Below, in pieces: positions 10,721 to 20,298 of a DNA stretch of 64,000 nt. The position numbers and the translations under genes are program-made. The notes below the pieces were generated by a model. It ran no database searches, had not been told where the DNA came from, and saw only the letters and a program-made list of their open reading frames with translations. Every line of letters begins with the position of its first letter. Position 1 is the first letter of the stretch. Source of the DNA: a candidate division FCPU426 bacterium (GTDB taxonomy: Bacteria; Oederibacteriota; Muellerivitia; Muellerivitales; Muellerivitaceae); NCBI GenBank assembly GCA_963796105.1, contig CAWCKJ010000003.1, positions 288,001-352,000 on the forward strand. The letters run 5' to 3'.

Positions 10721-11351
10721 GTACATCGCTATCGAGGGCCCCATCGGCGTCGGCAAAACCAGCTTGGCCGAGATCCTTTCTAAAAAACTCAATACCCGCC
10801 TGATTTTAGAGGGCGCGGAAAACAACCCCTTCATCCACCATTTTTACAGCAACATGGAAAAACACGCCTTCCAAACCCAGTTGTTCTTTCTTCTCACCCG
10901 GTACAAGCAACAGCAGGACATGGCCCAAAGCGACCTTTTCCAACAAGGATTGATCAGCGATTATCTCTTCGCGAAAGACCGGATCTTCGCTAACCTCACA
11001 CTCAACGATAACGAGTTAAAACTTTATGAGCAAATTCACTCCATCCTCAATGGCAGGGTCTTGAAGCCTGATTTCGTGATTTACCTCCAAGCCTCCACAG
11101 ATGTTCTTTTGAAGCGCATCTCCGGGAGGGGCAGGAAATTCGAGTCCCAAATCACGGGGGATTACCTCGCCGAATTGAACCAGGCCTATAACTATTATTT
11201 CTTCCATTACGAGGAAACGCCCTTGATGGTCGTAAACACCAGCGAAATTGATTTCGTCCACCGCGACGCGGACTTGGATGATCTATTGACTCATCTGGCG
11301 AAGGTCACCAAAGGGACGGTTTATTACCAGCCTGTCAGCTTGAAGAAATAA
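10707..11351 (+). CDS. deoxynucleoside kinase
   Basis: IEGPIGVGKT P-loop, QLFFL, PDFVIYL; folK-dNK-panB context. Confidence 0.9.
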   Translation: MLHHKYIAIEGPIGVGKTSLAEILSKKLNTRLILEGAENNPFIHHFYSNMEKHAFQTQLFFLLTRYKQQQDMAQSDLFQQGLISDYLFAKDRIFANLTLNDNELKLYEQIHSILNGRVLKPDFVIYLQASTDVLLKRISGRGRKFESQITGDYLAELNQAYNYYFFHYEETPLMVVNTSEIDFVHRDADLDDLLTHLAKVTKGTVYYQPVSLKK

Positions 11352-11377
11352 AGGACACGCCTAATACTTATTGGTCA

Positions 11378-11469
11378 CCTTCTCCCTAGAGAGGTGAAGG
11401 CTGGGATGAGGGTGGTAATATCTTAAACAAGAACCCCTCACCCTACCCTCTCCCTCAAGGGGCGAGGGT
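11378..11469. repeat. BoxC/REP-like inverted pair of purine/pyrimidine hairpin repeats
   Basis: CCTTCTCCCTAGAGAGGTGAAGGCTGGGATGAGGG ... CCCCTCACCCTACCCTCTCCCTCAAGGGGCGAGGG. Confidence 0.6.
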
Positions 11470-11521
11470 AAATAAAGAATTTTTATCTTTAAACAAAAAT
11501 TAAAGACTGGCAAAAACTCTC

Positions 11522-12307
11522 ATGACTAAAAGAATGACCACCTTGGACTTCATCAAGAAAAGCGACGACGGGGAAAAACTCGTCGTTTGCACCGCTTACG
11601 ATTATTCCATGGCCTTGGCCGTGGACGCCGCTGGGGTGGATGCCATCCTCGTGGGGGACAGCCTCAACATGACCATGTTGGGCAGGGAAAACACCCTTAC
11701 TGCCACCATGGATGAAATGATTCACCATTGCAGGGCGGTTGCCAGGGGCACCAAGCAGGCTATGGTCATCGCGGACATGCCTTTTCTTTCCTACCAGTTG
11801 GAGCAGGAGGAAGCCCTTGAGAACGCCGGTTTGTTCCTGACGGAAGGAGGAGCCCAGGCCGTTAAATTGGAGTGGTGTCCCCAAGCCGCTGAAGTGACTT
11901 CTTTCCTCGTCCAAAACGGAATTCCTGTCATGGGTCACGTGGGGTTCACGCCCCAGCATATCCACCAATTGGGTGGTTACCATCAGCAGGGCAAAGATTC
12001 GGCTTCCGCCGCCAGACTGATTAAAGAAGCCAAGGCCTTGGAATCAGCCGGGGCCTTCTCCATTGTCTTGGAGTTGGTATCCCCGGAAATCGCCCGTAAA
12101 ATCACCCAAAGACTTCAAATTCCGACCATAGGCATTGGCGCTGGACCCCATTGTGACGGCCAAGTCCAGGTTCTGCATGATCTCCTGGGACTATTACCAG
12201 ATTTCCAACCCAAACACGCCAAGGCTTATTTGAAGCTCCACGAGGAAATTAAAAAGGCAATCAAGCTCTATGCCGATGAAGTTCGTTCCGGAAAGTTCCC
12301 CTCTTAA
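11522..12307 (+). CDS. panB: 3-methyl-2-oxobutanoate hydroxymethyltransferase
   Basis: TAYDY, LVGDSL, ADMPF, GHVGFTPQ, IGIGAG, DGQVQV. Confidence 0.96.
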   Translation: MTKRMTTLDFIKKSDDGEKLVVCTAYDYSMALAVDAAGVDAILVGDSLNMTMLGRENTLTATMDEMIHHCRAVARGTKQAMVIADMPFLSYQLEQEEALENAGLFLTEGGAQAVKLEWCPQAAEVTSFLVQNGIPVMGHVGFTPQHIHQLGGYHQQGKDSASAARLIKEAKALESAGAFSIVLELVSPEIARKITQRLQIPTIGIGAGPHCDGQVQVLHDLLGLLPDFQPKHAKAYLKLHEEIKKAIKLYADEVRSGKFPS

Positions 12308-12475
12308 AATTTTCGATTTAACCGAGACTCTCCTTATCCCAATTCCTTAATTCATTTTTTCAAGTCATCATAGTTAACTGTTTAAAGTTATAATTCATGG
12401 TCGATATGTTGAGATCGGTTGTCCGCACTGGATACCCATCGTGGAAAAAGAAAAAAACGAAAAGGTTGCAAAATA

Positions 12476-13366
12476 ATGAAAATATTATTTTTAATGTTTT
12501 TCCTTTCCTCATTAATTTCATCCGTTTGTTATTGTTCAGATCCCACTAACTACTTTATAAGGGTCCAAATCACTCTAAATAATGGTCAAGTGTTCGAGGG
12601 TTATTTGCCTACCAATATCGAAATGGGGGACGAATTTTATAATGGTCCGCTTCCCTCATATATCCAAAGTCTAAAAGATAGAATGAATTATTTTAAAAAT
12701 CATACAGATGATAATTATTTGATTTTATTGCATGAAGCAATTCACCGTTCGTACGAGGGATTTGATGAAAATGCAAGATCATCTTATTTCAAAAAACGCA
12801 AATTCACGATTTATCAAAAATTTTATAATGTTACTTGGTCCACAATTGTTGAAGAGGATGATGTTAAAACTATTTCGGTCACGGATATAAAGATAATCGA
12901 AAAAGATGAAAAACTTCCTAAAACGATGAACAATGCAGCTGGTTTAACTATTTTGAAGAAATCCGAAATGAAGTTGTTTAAAAGTGGTCCGCCAAAGGTT
13001 GTAATTTTGTTAACAGATGATAGTGGACTATCGTTTTCCAAAGTGATGTTCTACGAAAATTTTTCCCTTTCTAAGATTTTGAGTCTTTTGTTTTGCATCG
13101 AGAATTACGGTTCCCTTGAATATAAAGGTTTAAACCTTAATTTTAGGAGCATTAAGGAAAAGGAAAAGAACACTAAAAATATAAATTCAAGTTCATTACC
13201 AAAAGAAGAAAAAATGGCATTTTTAAGTTTTTGTGAAAAGACGAATAAGTTATTTTTGAACAGTGATCATATTTCATCGGGTTGTGATAAATGTAAACAT
13301 TTGGCGGGGATTGATGAACTAAAAAGGAAATATAAAGTATTGGTTTTTGAAACTGATGAAGATTGA
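12476..13366 (+). CDS. hypothetical exported protein, AT-rich
   Basis: long open frame; hydrophobic N-terminus MKILFLMFFLSSLISSVC; visibly lower GC than flanking genes. Confidence 0.7.
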   Translation: MKILFLMFFLSSLISSVCYCSDPTNYFIRVQITLNNGQVFEGYLPTNIEMGDEFYNGPLPSYIQSLKDRMNYFKNHTDDNYLILLHEAIHRSYEGFDENARSSYFKKRKFTIYQKFYNVTWSTIVEEDDVKTISVTDIKIIEKDEKLPKTMNNAAGLTILKKSEMKLFKSGPPKVVILLTDDSGLSFSKVMFYENFSLSKILSLLFCIENYGSLEYKGLNLNFRSIKEKEKNTKNINSSSLPKEEKMAFLSFCEKTNKLFLNSDHISSGCDKCKHLAGIDELKRKYKVLVFETDED

Positions 13367-13428
13367 TTGTTCCTTTTGGGGACTCGTCATGGACAACAGT
13401 TTTTACGTTAAGAATTTAAGGGAATTAC

Positions 13429-14274
13429 ATGAAACTCATTACTAAAGCACAAACCATGCTGGACCAAAGCCTGAAATGGCGGCAGGAAAAGAAATCAATC
13501 GGTTTCGTCCCTACCATGGGCGCGCTTCACGCTGGTCATTTGGAATTGGTTAAGGTTTCTAAAAAAGAAAACCAGATCACGATCGTTTCCATTTTCGTCA
13601 ATCCAACCCAATTCGGGCCTTCCGAAGATTTCCTCAGATACCCCCGAACCTTGGATAAAGATAGGGAGCTTCTAAAGCCATTGAAAATCAACGCTTTGTT
13701 TAACCCGAACAAAAGGGAAATGTATCCTCCGGTGTTTTCTTCCAAAGTCATCGTATCCGGAAGCTTGGTGCGGAATCTCTGTGGGCCTCATCGTCCTGGC
13801 CATTTTGACGGCGTGGCGACGGTCGTGGCAAAACTCCTGGCTATTACCCAACCTACACGCCTTTATCTTGGCCAAAAAGACGCCCAACAAACGGCCGTCC
13901 TTAAGCAAGTCATCAAGGATTTGAATATCCCAGTTATTCCTATCATCTGCCCCATTGTGCGGGAGCACGACGGCCTGGCAATGAGTTCGCGGAACTTGAA
14001 TCTCACTCTTCAAGGCCGCAAGATCGCTCCGACCCTTTACCGAGCCCTCAAGGTGGGGAAGAGCATCGTGGACCTGGGGGAAAGCGACCTCACAAAAGTT
14101 ATAAAAGAGATTAAAAAAGTGATCCTGGAAAACAATAGGTTCGAACTCCAATATCTTGAGGCTGTTGACTCCGAAAACTTGGAACCCTTGAAACGAATCA
14201 AGCCCGGCCATACTTTAATCGCGTTGGCTGCATACCTTGACAATGTTCGGCTGATTGACAATATTATTGTTTAA
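13429..14274 (+). CDS. panC: pantoate--beta-alanine ligase
   Basis: FVPTMGALHAGH, SIFVNPTQF, RPGHFDGV, GQKDAQQ, GLAMSSRN, RLIDN. Confidence 0.97.
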   Translation: MKLITKAQTMLDQSLKWRQEKKSIGFVPTMGALHAGHLELVKVSKKENQITIVSIFVNPTQFGPSEDFLRYPRTLDKDRELLKPLKINALFNPNKREMYPPVFSSKVIVSGSLVRNLCGPHRPGHFDGVATVVAKLLAITQPTRLYLGQKDAQQTAVLKQVIKDLNIPVIPIICPIVREHDGLAMSSRNLNLTLQGRKIAPTLYRALKVGKSIVDLGESDLTKVIKEIKKVILENNRFELQYLEAVDSENLEPLKRIKPGHTLIALAAYLDNVRLIDNIIV

Positions 14275-14537
14275 TAGTTAACCCATTCCGATTTGACTCA
14301 ATACCCAAATCCTTATTTGCCAGCTATTCAATCAACTTTGATCACATCCTCTTAAAATAATCTTTGGCCAATGAGCCAAAGGGGGCAGATGCATGGGATT
14401 AATTAAAAATTTAAAATTAAGAATTTAAAATTCGCGTTATTCCACCCAAAAACGCGCTAGGGGGGTTTTAATCAGTTAATCCTTTCGTTAAACTATCTGC
14501 CATTCTTGATGGGCTTTTTACAGGAGAATAAAGTTAA

Positions 14538-14903
14538 ATGGCTAGAATTTTCGTCAAATCCAAAATCCAAAAAGCGACCGTGACCCAAACGGACCTCCAA
14601 TACGAGGGAAGCATCACGCTCGATCCCAAGCTTATGCGCGCCGCCGATATCGCGCCCTATGAGCAGGTCCATGTACTTAACCTGAACAACGGGGCCCGCC
14701 TGGAAACCTACGCCATCGAGGGAAAACTTAATTCCGGTGTTGTTTGCCTGAATGGGGCCGCGGCCAGGCACGCAGAAAAAGGGGATTTGGTCATCGTCCT
14801 GACCTATGAGTCTTTTCCCCAGCTTCCGCCGGCAGGCTACAAACCTAAGGTGGTTTGGGTGGATGCTAAGAACAGGATCAAGAAAGTCGTGAAGGGGAGC
14901 TGA
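14538..14903 (+). CDS. panD: aspartate 1-decarboxylase
   Basis: YEG/SITLD cleavage site, NGARLETY, LNGAAAR. Confidence 0.96.
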   Translation: MARIFVKSKIQKATVTQTDLQYEGSITLDPKLMRAADIAPYEQVHVLNLNNGARLETYAIEGKLNSGVVCLNGAAARHAEKGDLVIVLTYESFPQLPPAGYKPKVVWVDAKNRIKKVVKGS

Positions 14904-14905
14904 CC

Positions 14906-15841
14906 ATGTCCTTGGACCTATTCCTGGATGACGAGGAACTTTGTTCCCGGATTGGGGAACTAAAAAAAGAGCGTAACGCCGTCATCCTGGCCCATAGCTA
15001 TGAGAGGCCGGAAGTTCAGGATATCGCCGACCACGTGGGGGATTCCCTGGAGTTGTCCCGCTTGGCGGCCAAGACCGACGCGGATGTCATCGTCTTTTGC
15101 AGTGTGATGTTCATGGCCGAGACGGCCAAGATCCTCTCCCCAGAGAAAATAGTCCTTCTCCCAGCCGCGGAGGCAGGATGTCCCCTGGCAGATATGATCA
15201 CTCCCGCCCAGTTGGCGGCGGAAAAAGCCAAGCATCCCGACGCGGCGGTCGTGGCCTATGTCAACTGCTCCGCCGAGATCAAATCCATGTCGGACGTGTG
15301 CTGTACCTCAGCCAACGCGGTACAGGTGGTCAACGACGTTGATGCCGATGAAATCCTTTTCGTTCCCGACCAGCACTTGGGCCGGTGGGTGCAAACCCAG
15401 ACGAACAAGAAGCTGATCCTTTGGCCTGGCTGCTGCCCCACCCACCAGCGCATGAAACCCAAGGATATCTTGGACATGAAACGCGGCCACCCGGACGCAT
15501 TGGTGGTGGTGCACCCCGAGTCCAACGAGGACATTTGCAATCTGGCGGACGAGATTCTTTCCACCTCCCAAATGCTGCGTTTTTGCCAGACCTCCAGCGC
15601 CAAGACCTTCATCATCGGAACCGAGATGGGCCTTTTGCACCGCCTGCGCAAAGCCATGCCTGACAAGTTATTCCTCCAGCCCAGCAAGGGATTGATCTGC
15701 CCCAACATGAAGATGACCCAGTTGGAGGACCTTTACGAATCCTTGAAAGAACTCAAGACGGCCATCGAGATACCAGAACCCATCCGAGTCAAGGCCCTCA
15801 GGGCTCTTGACGGAATGATAGCGGCGGTTCCATCCAAGTAA
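14906..15841 (+). CDS. nadA: quinolinate synthase
   Basis: ILAH.Y, GDSL, FMAETAKIL, GCPLAD, YVN, CTSANA, HPE, CPNM. Confidence 0.95.
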   Translation: MSLDLFLDDEELCSRIGELKKERNAVILAHSYERPEVQDIADHVGDSLELSRLAAKTDADVIVFCSVMFMAETAKILSPEKIVLLPAAEAGCPLADMITPAQLAAEKAKHPDAAVVAYVNCSAEIKSMSDVCCTSANAVQVVNDVDADEILFVPDQHLGRWVQTQTNKKLILWPGCCPTHQRMKPKDILDMKRGHPDALVVVHPESNEDICNLADEILSTSQMLRFCQTSSAKTFIIGTEMGLLHRLRKAMPDKLFLQPSKGLICPNMKMTQLEDLYESLKELKTAIEIPEPIRVKALRALDGMIAAVPSK

Positions 15842-16089
15842 GCGTTGTGGTTCTAAAACACGGTTTGGGCATTCCGGTCGCGGGACCAACAGCTCGGTCG
15901 GTGAATCCTTCCTGGAAAAACTCGAATTCAAGTCTGAACCTGTCCCCAAAAAAGAACCTTGCCCAGGCTGAAAAAGCCTTATATCTTTAAAGACGTTGTT
16001 TCGGGCGCTATCATGTTTTTTCCCTCTAAATGTGAACGTAGCGGCTTCACTGCTTGAAAGCTTTATAGAAGAAGGAGTCGAATTACTCC

Positions 16090-17035
16090 ATGCCTATCGC
16101 GATAACCATCAAGAGCCTATCCAAGACCTATAAAACCGGGTTCTGGTTTAAACCCAAAGTCACCCACGCCTTGAAATCCCTTTCCCTTGAGATCCCGCGA
16201 AAAGGAAGCCTTCGGACTCCTGGGCTTGAACGGGGCGGGGAAGACCACCACTATAAAATTAATCCTGGGCCTCCTGAAGGCGACCACCGGCGACATCACC
16301 GTCCTGGGCGGGAAAATCTCTGACCGGTCAATCCGCGAAAAAATCGGCTATCTCCCGGAGATGCCTTATTTCTCGAAACAGCACACAGGCCGGGAAATCC
16401 TCGAGTACTACGGCTCCCTCTGCGGTTTAACAGGCAAAGCCCTGTCCCAGCGGGTGGACGAGGTTCTGGACCTCGTCCGCATGACCAACGCGTCGCGCCA
16501 ACGGATTGCCGGTTATTCCAAGGGCATGCAACAGAGAATCGGAATCGGCCAAGCCTTGATCGGGAAACCCCTCCTCTTGGTCTGCGACGAGCCCATGAGC
16601 GGCTTGGACCCGGTGGGTTACAAGGAAATGCGCGATATCTTCCTGGACTTGAAAAAGACCGGCACGACTCTTTTCCTGAACACCCATATCCTGGATGAGG
16701 TGGAAAGGATCTGCGACAGGGTCGGTGTTTTACACGAGGGAATGCTGGCGGATGTCGCGACTATTCCCAGCATCATGGAATCCTCGATCCCGGTGGATTA
16801 CTGGGTGGAAGTCCCGAAATCGGACGCGTCCAAACTTTCCGGAATGCCTTTCCAGGAATCCATCGCCAAACTCGGGGGAGTCCAAGTGGCTGGCATGGTC
16901 CTTCCGGAAACCCTGACCTTATTGACCGCCAGCAGGGCCGTTGTCAAAGGCATCCGGCCCCTTTCCTCGATCGTCGAGGCTTATTTCCTGAAAACCATCG
17001 GCGCCGATTCGTCCTTGACCCAAGGGAGGCGGTAA
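16090..17035 (+). CDS. ABC transporter ATP-binding protein (PilH/XapD-like), apparent +1 frameshift near 16192
   Basis: ORF 16090 supplies MPIAITIKSLSKTY...ALKSLSLEI; ORF 16187 supplies GLNGAGKTT, YSKGMQQR, DEPMSGLD; removing one C from ATCCCGC joins them. Confidence 0.85.
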
Positions 17036-17036
17036 G

Positions 17037-17813
17037 ATGAACAGAATCCTGAGAGTCTGCGGATATACCTTCCGGGAACTGGTCCGAAGCAAGATGCTTT
17101 ATATCTGGATCATCAGCGTGGTGGTCCTTTGCGGGCTGGCCTTCCTGCTTTCCCTCCTGAGCTTCGGGGAAGTCCACAAAATCTTCATGGACCTGGGACT
17201 GGTCGGCATGGAAATGACGGGTCTGCTCGTGCTTTTATTGAGCCTGGCAGTGACTTACGCCACCGATATGGACCAGAAGGCCATCTATCTTCAAATGGCC
17301 AAGCCCATCACAAGGGGGGAATACCTCATGGGCCGGGTCCTGGGTTTTTTCAGCGTGATCGCCCTGGTGGTGGTGGGAATGGGAGCCATTGTGGTGGGCC
17401 TGGTTGTTTTCGTCGGCGGAGGCCAAGTACCCCCTCTTTTTTACGCCTGCGCGGCCTTCACCCTCCTGGAGCTGTTCCTCCTGACGGTATTGGGACTGAC
17501 CTTCCAGATGATCTCCACATCCATGGTGGGTGTTTTTCTCTATTCCTTTTTCACCATTTTCCTGGGCCACTTGATCGGGGAAGTCCAATGGCTTCTCCAA
17601 CAGCAAATCGGCCCCGGACTCAAGCACATCCTCCAGGTCGTGTATTACTGCCTTCCCAACCTGGAGATTTTCAACCTCAAGGACCGGTTATATGACCCCG
17701 CGCTGGTGCTGGGCTGGGCCCAATGGAGGGATGTCATCCTCTACACCTTCGCTTATTCCTTCGTGGTCTTCCTTATCGGCTGGATCAACCTTGAAAAAAG
17801 GGAATTCCGTTGA
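17037..17813 (+). CDS. ABC transporter permease (PilI/XapB-like)
   Basis: about 6 TM segments; TFRE..RSK, KPITRGEYLMGR, LPNLEIFN, EKREF. Confidence 0.85.
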   Translation: MNRILRVCGYTFRELVRSKMLYIWIISVVVLCGLAFLLSLLSFGEVHKIFMDLGLVGMEMTGLLVLLLSLAVTYATDMDQKAIYLQMAKPITRGEYLMGRVLGFFSVIALVVVGMGAIVVGLVVFVGGGQVPPLFYACAAFTLLELFLLTVLGLTFQMISTSMVGVFLYSFFTIFLGHLIGEVQWLLQQQIGPGLKHILQVVYYCLPNLEIFNLKDRLYDPALVLGWAQWRDVILYTFAYSFVVFLIGWINLEKREFR

Positions 17814-18547
17814 GATCCCAGCCGCTCTACAACAGGTTCATGAAGCTGGCGCCATATTTCCTCGCCGCGGTATTCATCATCCAGGCGGTTTTTTCCCGGC
17901 ATCTGGACTCCTGGGTCCATCCCGTGCCTTTTGAATCCGGCCAGGTCCAGCACATGGACAAGAGAACAGCCTCCACGGTCCGGGCCCTGGCCTTTCTCGG
18001 CGGCTTCAAGGTCCTGGTGGGGCATTTATTTTGGATCCAAGTCATCCAGTACTACGGCGACGCTGATAACTCATTGGACCGCTATTCGAAATTATACGAT
18101 TACTGCAACCTGGCCTCAGATTTGAATCCCCAATTCGTTCCCATCTACACCTACGGCGCCGCCGCCCTGGCCTTTCACCTGAAACGAATCGGCCAAGCCG
18201 AGGAACTCCTGCAAAAAGGCATAAGCAACAACCCGAAAGAAAACCGTTTGAAATTCATGATGGCGGCCATCCTTTATCAGCACGCTGAGAATTACCAAAG
18301 GGTGATCCCTTTCCTGGAAGCGCAACTCGCGACGGGAGACGCGCCGGATATGCTGGTGAATATCCTGGCCAACACCTACATGAAGGTGAACCGCTTCAAC
18401 GACGCGATCCGGCTTTGGAAAAAAATATTGAGGGTATCGGATACGGACCAACAGAAGATCGAGGCCGGTGAAAAGCTCCAGGAAATCTACAACACTTTGA
18501 AAAAGTCAGGGCAAAACACCCAGGCAAAAGGCGAGACAAAACCCTAA
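17810..18547 (+). CDS. membrane-anchored TPR-like protein (PilG/XapA-like)
   Basis: N-terminal TM; LFWIQVIQYYG...SDLNPQF..IY...LLQKGI..NP pattern; coupled to the ABC pair. Confidence 0.65.
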   Translation: MRSQPLYNRFMKLAPYFLAAVFIIQAVFSRHLDSWVHPVPFESGQVQHMDKRTASTVRALAFLGGFKVLVGHLFWIQVIQYYGDADNSLDRYSKLYDYCNLASDLNPQFVPIYTYGAAALAFHLKRIGQAEELLQKGISNNPKENRLKFMMAAILYQHAENYQRVIPFLEAQLATGDAPDMLVNILANTYMKVNRFNDAIRLWKKILRVSDTDQQKIEAGEKLQEIYNTLKKSGQNTQAKGETKP

Positions 18548-18561
18548 AAAGTAAAAACCTA

Positions 18562-18658
18562 TTTTCACCACATGCCGACTTTCTAAAAGAAATTAAGAGG
18601 TCGGTATGGTACCGATTTCCTTTTTCGTAATATGGAAAATCGGTACAGGGACACAGAG
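18562..18658. repeat. TTTTCACCACAGGGACACAGAG motif interrupted by a 73-bp double-hairpin insert (module A variant)
   Basis: CA-[TGCCGAC..GTCGGTA TGG TACCGAT..ATCGGTA]-CA; uninterrupted motif at 41982-42003. Confidence 0.75.
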
Positions 18659-18670
18659 AAAAACTTACTC

Positions 18671-18880
18671 AAAACCAAGTCCTTGGCCACAGATTCAGGG
18701 GATGCACTTGGATAGGCCAACGAAAAAGGCTTTAAATGTTTATGTTTATTAAATTTCATGAATCCCATGCATGCCAGCCTTCCATAAAACTTTTAAGAGG
18801 CTGGTATTGTACCGATTTCCATAATTGCTTTATGGTGAATCGGCACATCCGTGGCTAGAAATTATTTTGACAAGTGTAAA
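18671..18880 (+). repeat. palindromic mini-element copy 1 (shell + module A)
   Basis: GCCACAGATTCAGGGGATGCA ... ATCCCATGCA[74 bp]CATCCGTGGC; matches 19875-20204 inverted and 43881-44132 direct. Confidence 0.85.
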
Positions 18881-18940
18881 AAACTTATTAGTTTTCTGAA
18901 AAAAACAAAAACTTTCTAAAACCAAATACAAAGGACCTTC

Positions 18941-19862
18941 ATGATTCACCTGGTTACCTTGAACCCCGCTTTGGACCTATTCCTGGCCTTAAAAGAACCC
19001 TCAAAAGGGAAGATTGGGGAAGCGGCGTCCATGGATGGCTCCCGGGGGAAAAGCCCTAAATATCGCCCGTTTTATGAGAAAATGGGGCGTCAGGAACCGC
19101 GTTTGGCTGGGGACCGGCGGGGGTCAAGATCCCTCTCATGTCCTATTCCAGGCTCTCTTGAAAAGGGATGGAATCCCAGCCAGCTTCTTGAGCCAAAAGG
19201 CTCCCATCCGTTGGAACGTCGTAGTTCGCCAGAATAACCGCTCTCGAAAGTACAACCACCCCGGCTACCGGTTGGAACCAGGTTTGATGGCTAAGCTCAA
19301 AAGCAGGGTCCACAAAGGGGACTATCTTGTCATTACCGGCAGGCTCCCTCATGGCATGAAAGAATCTTTTTACGCCCACTCGGTCCGGTTCTTTGAGGCT
19401 CGGGGAGTCAAGACCATCGTGGATACGTCAGGTAAAGCTTTAGGTGAGGCTTTAAAGGCTATTCCGTGGTTCTTTAAAGTTAATCTTTATGAGCTCTCAG
19501 AGGCGTTGGGCCGCACGATTTCCCAATTGAACCAGGTTCCATCCATCGTGACAAAACAACTCATTCAAAAAGGCCTCGTCCACGGGGCTGTCACGGATGG
19601 GCCGAGGGGAGCGATTCTTTGGAGGGGTAATGAGTTCATCAAAGTCGACACCCAGAAGACGGCAAACCAATTAGTCATCGGAGCGGGGGATGGTTTCTTG
19701 GCTGGGTACCTGAAAGGTATTCTCGCCGGAAAATCCTTCGAGGATTGCGCGAAGTGGGCCTCCGCCTCAGGCGCAACGGTTGCTTCGAATGGGATTGAAG
19801 GGTTTGAGCCTAAAGAAGTCGTCAGGCAATTGAAATTTGTTAAGGTGCGTAATATAGGTTGA
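18941..19862 (+). CDS. PfkB-family sugar kinase (1-phosphofructokinase-like), apparent +1 frameshift near 19034
   Basis: VTLNPALD in ORF 18941; PGGKALNIA, DTSG, KVNLYE, GAGDGFLAG in ORF 19014. Confidence 0.85.
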
Positions 19863-19874
19863 TCTGATATTTTT

Positions 19875-20204
19875 GTACACACTTGTTCTAAATAGCTTCT
19901 AGCCACAGATGTGCCGATTCACCATAAAGCAATTATGGAAATCGGTACAATACCAGCCTCTTAAAAGTTTTATGGAAGGCTGGCATGCATGGGATACAAG
20001 GGATTCAACAAGTCTAAATCGTGACAAAGGCTTTGCCTTTGCGCCCGATGGGCGATATGGCTATGCCTGCGGACCGTGAAAAAATTGATTTTTCCATCGG
20101 CCGTCGGCTGAGCCATAGTACACGATCAATAAAATTTTCATTCTAAATCCAATTTTCTTGCCATCCCCTGCATCCCCTGAATCCGTGGCAAAAGACTTGG
20201 TTTT
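19875..20204 (-). repeat. palindromic mini-element copy 2 (shell + module B + module A)
   Basis: 19897-19995 is the reverse complement of 18762-18860 with one mismatch; 20018-20126 matches 43960-44068 inverted. Confidence 0.85.
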
Positions 20205-20298
20205 ATTTGGCTGGTTGTGATTTAAACTCTTTGTTTAACTAGTCATTGTGAGCCGCGATTTTTTCTTCTGTCAAAAGCTGCTTTGCTCGGAGGGAGAA

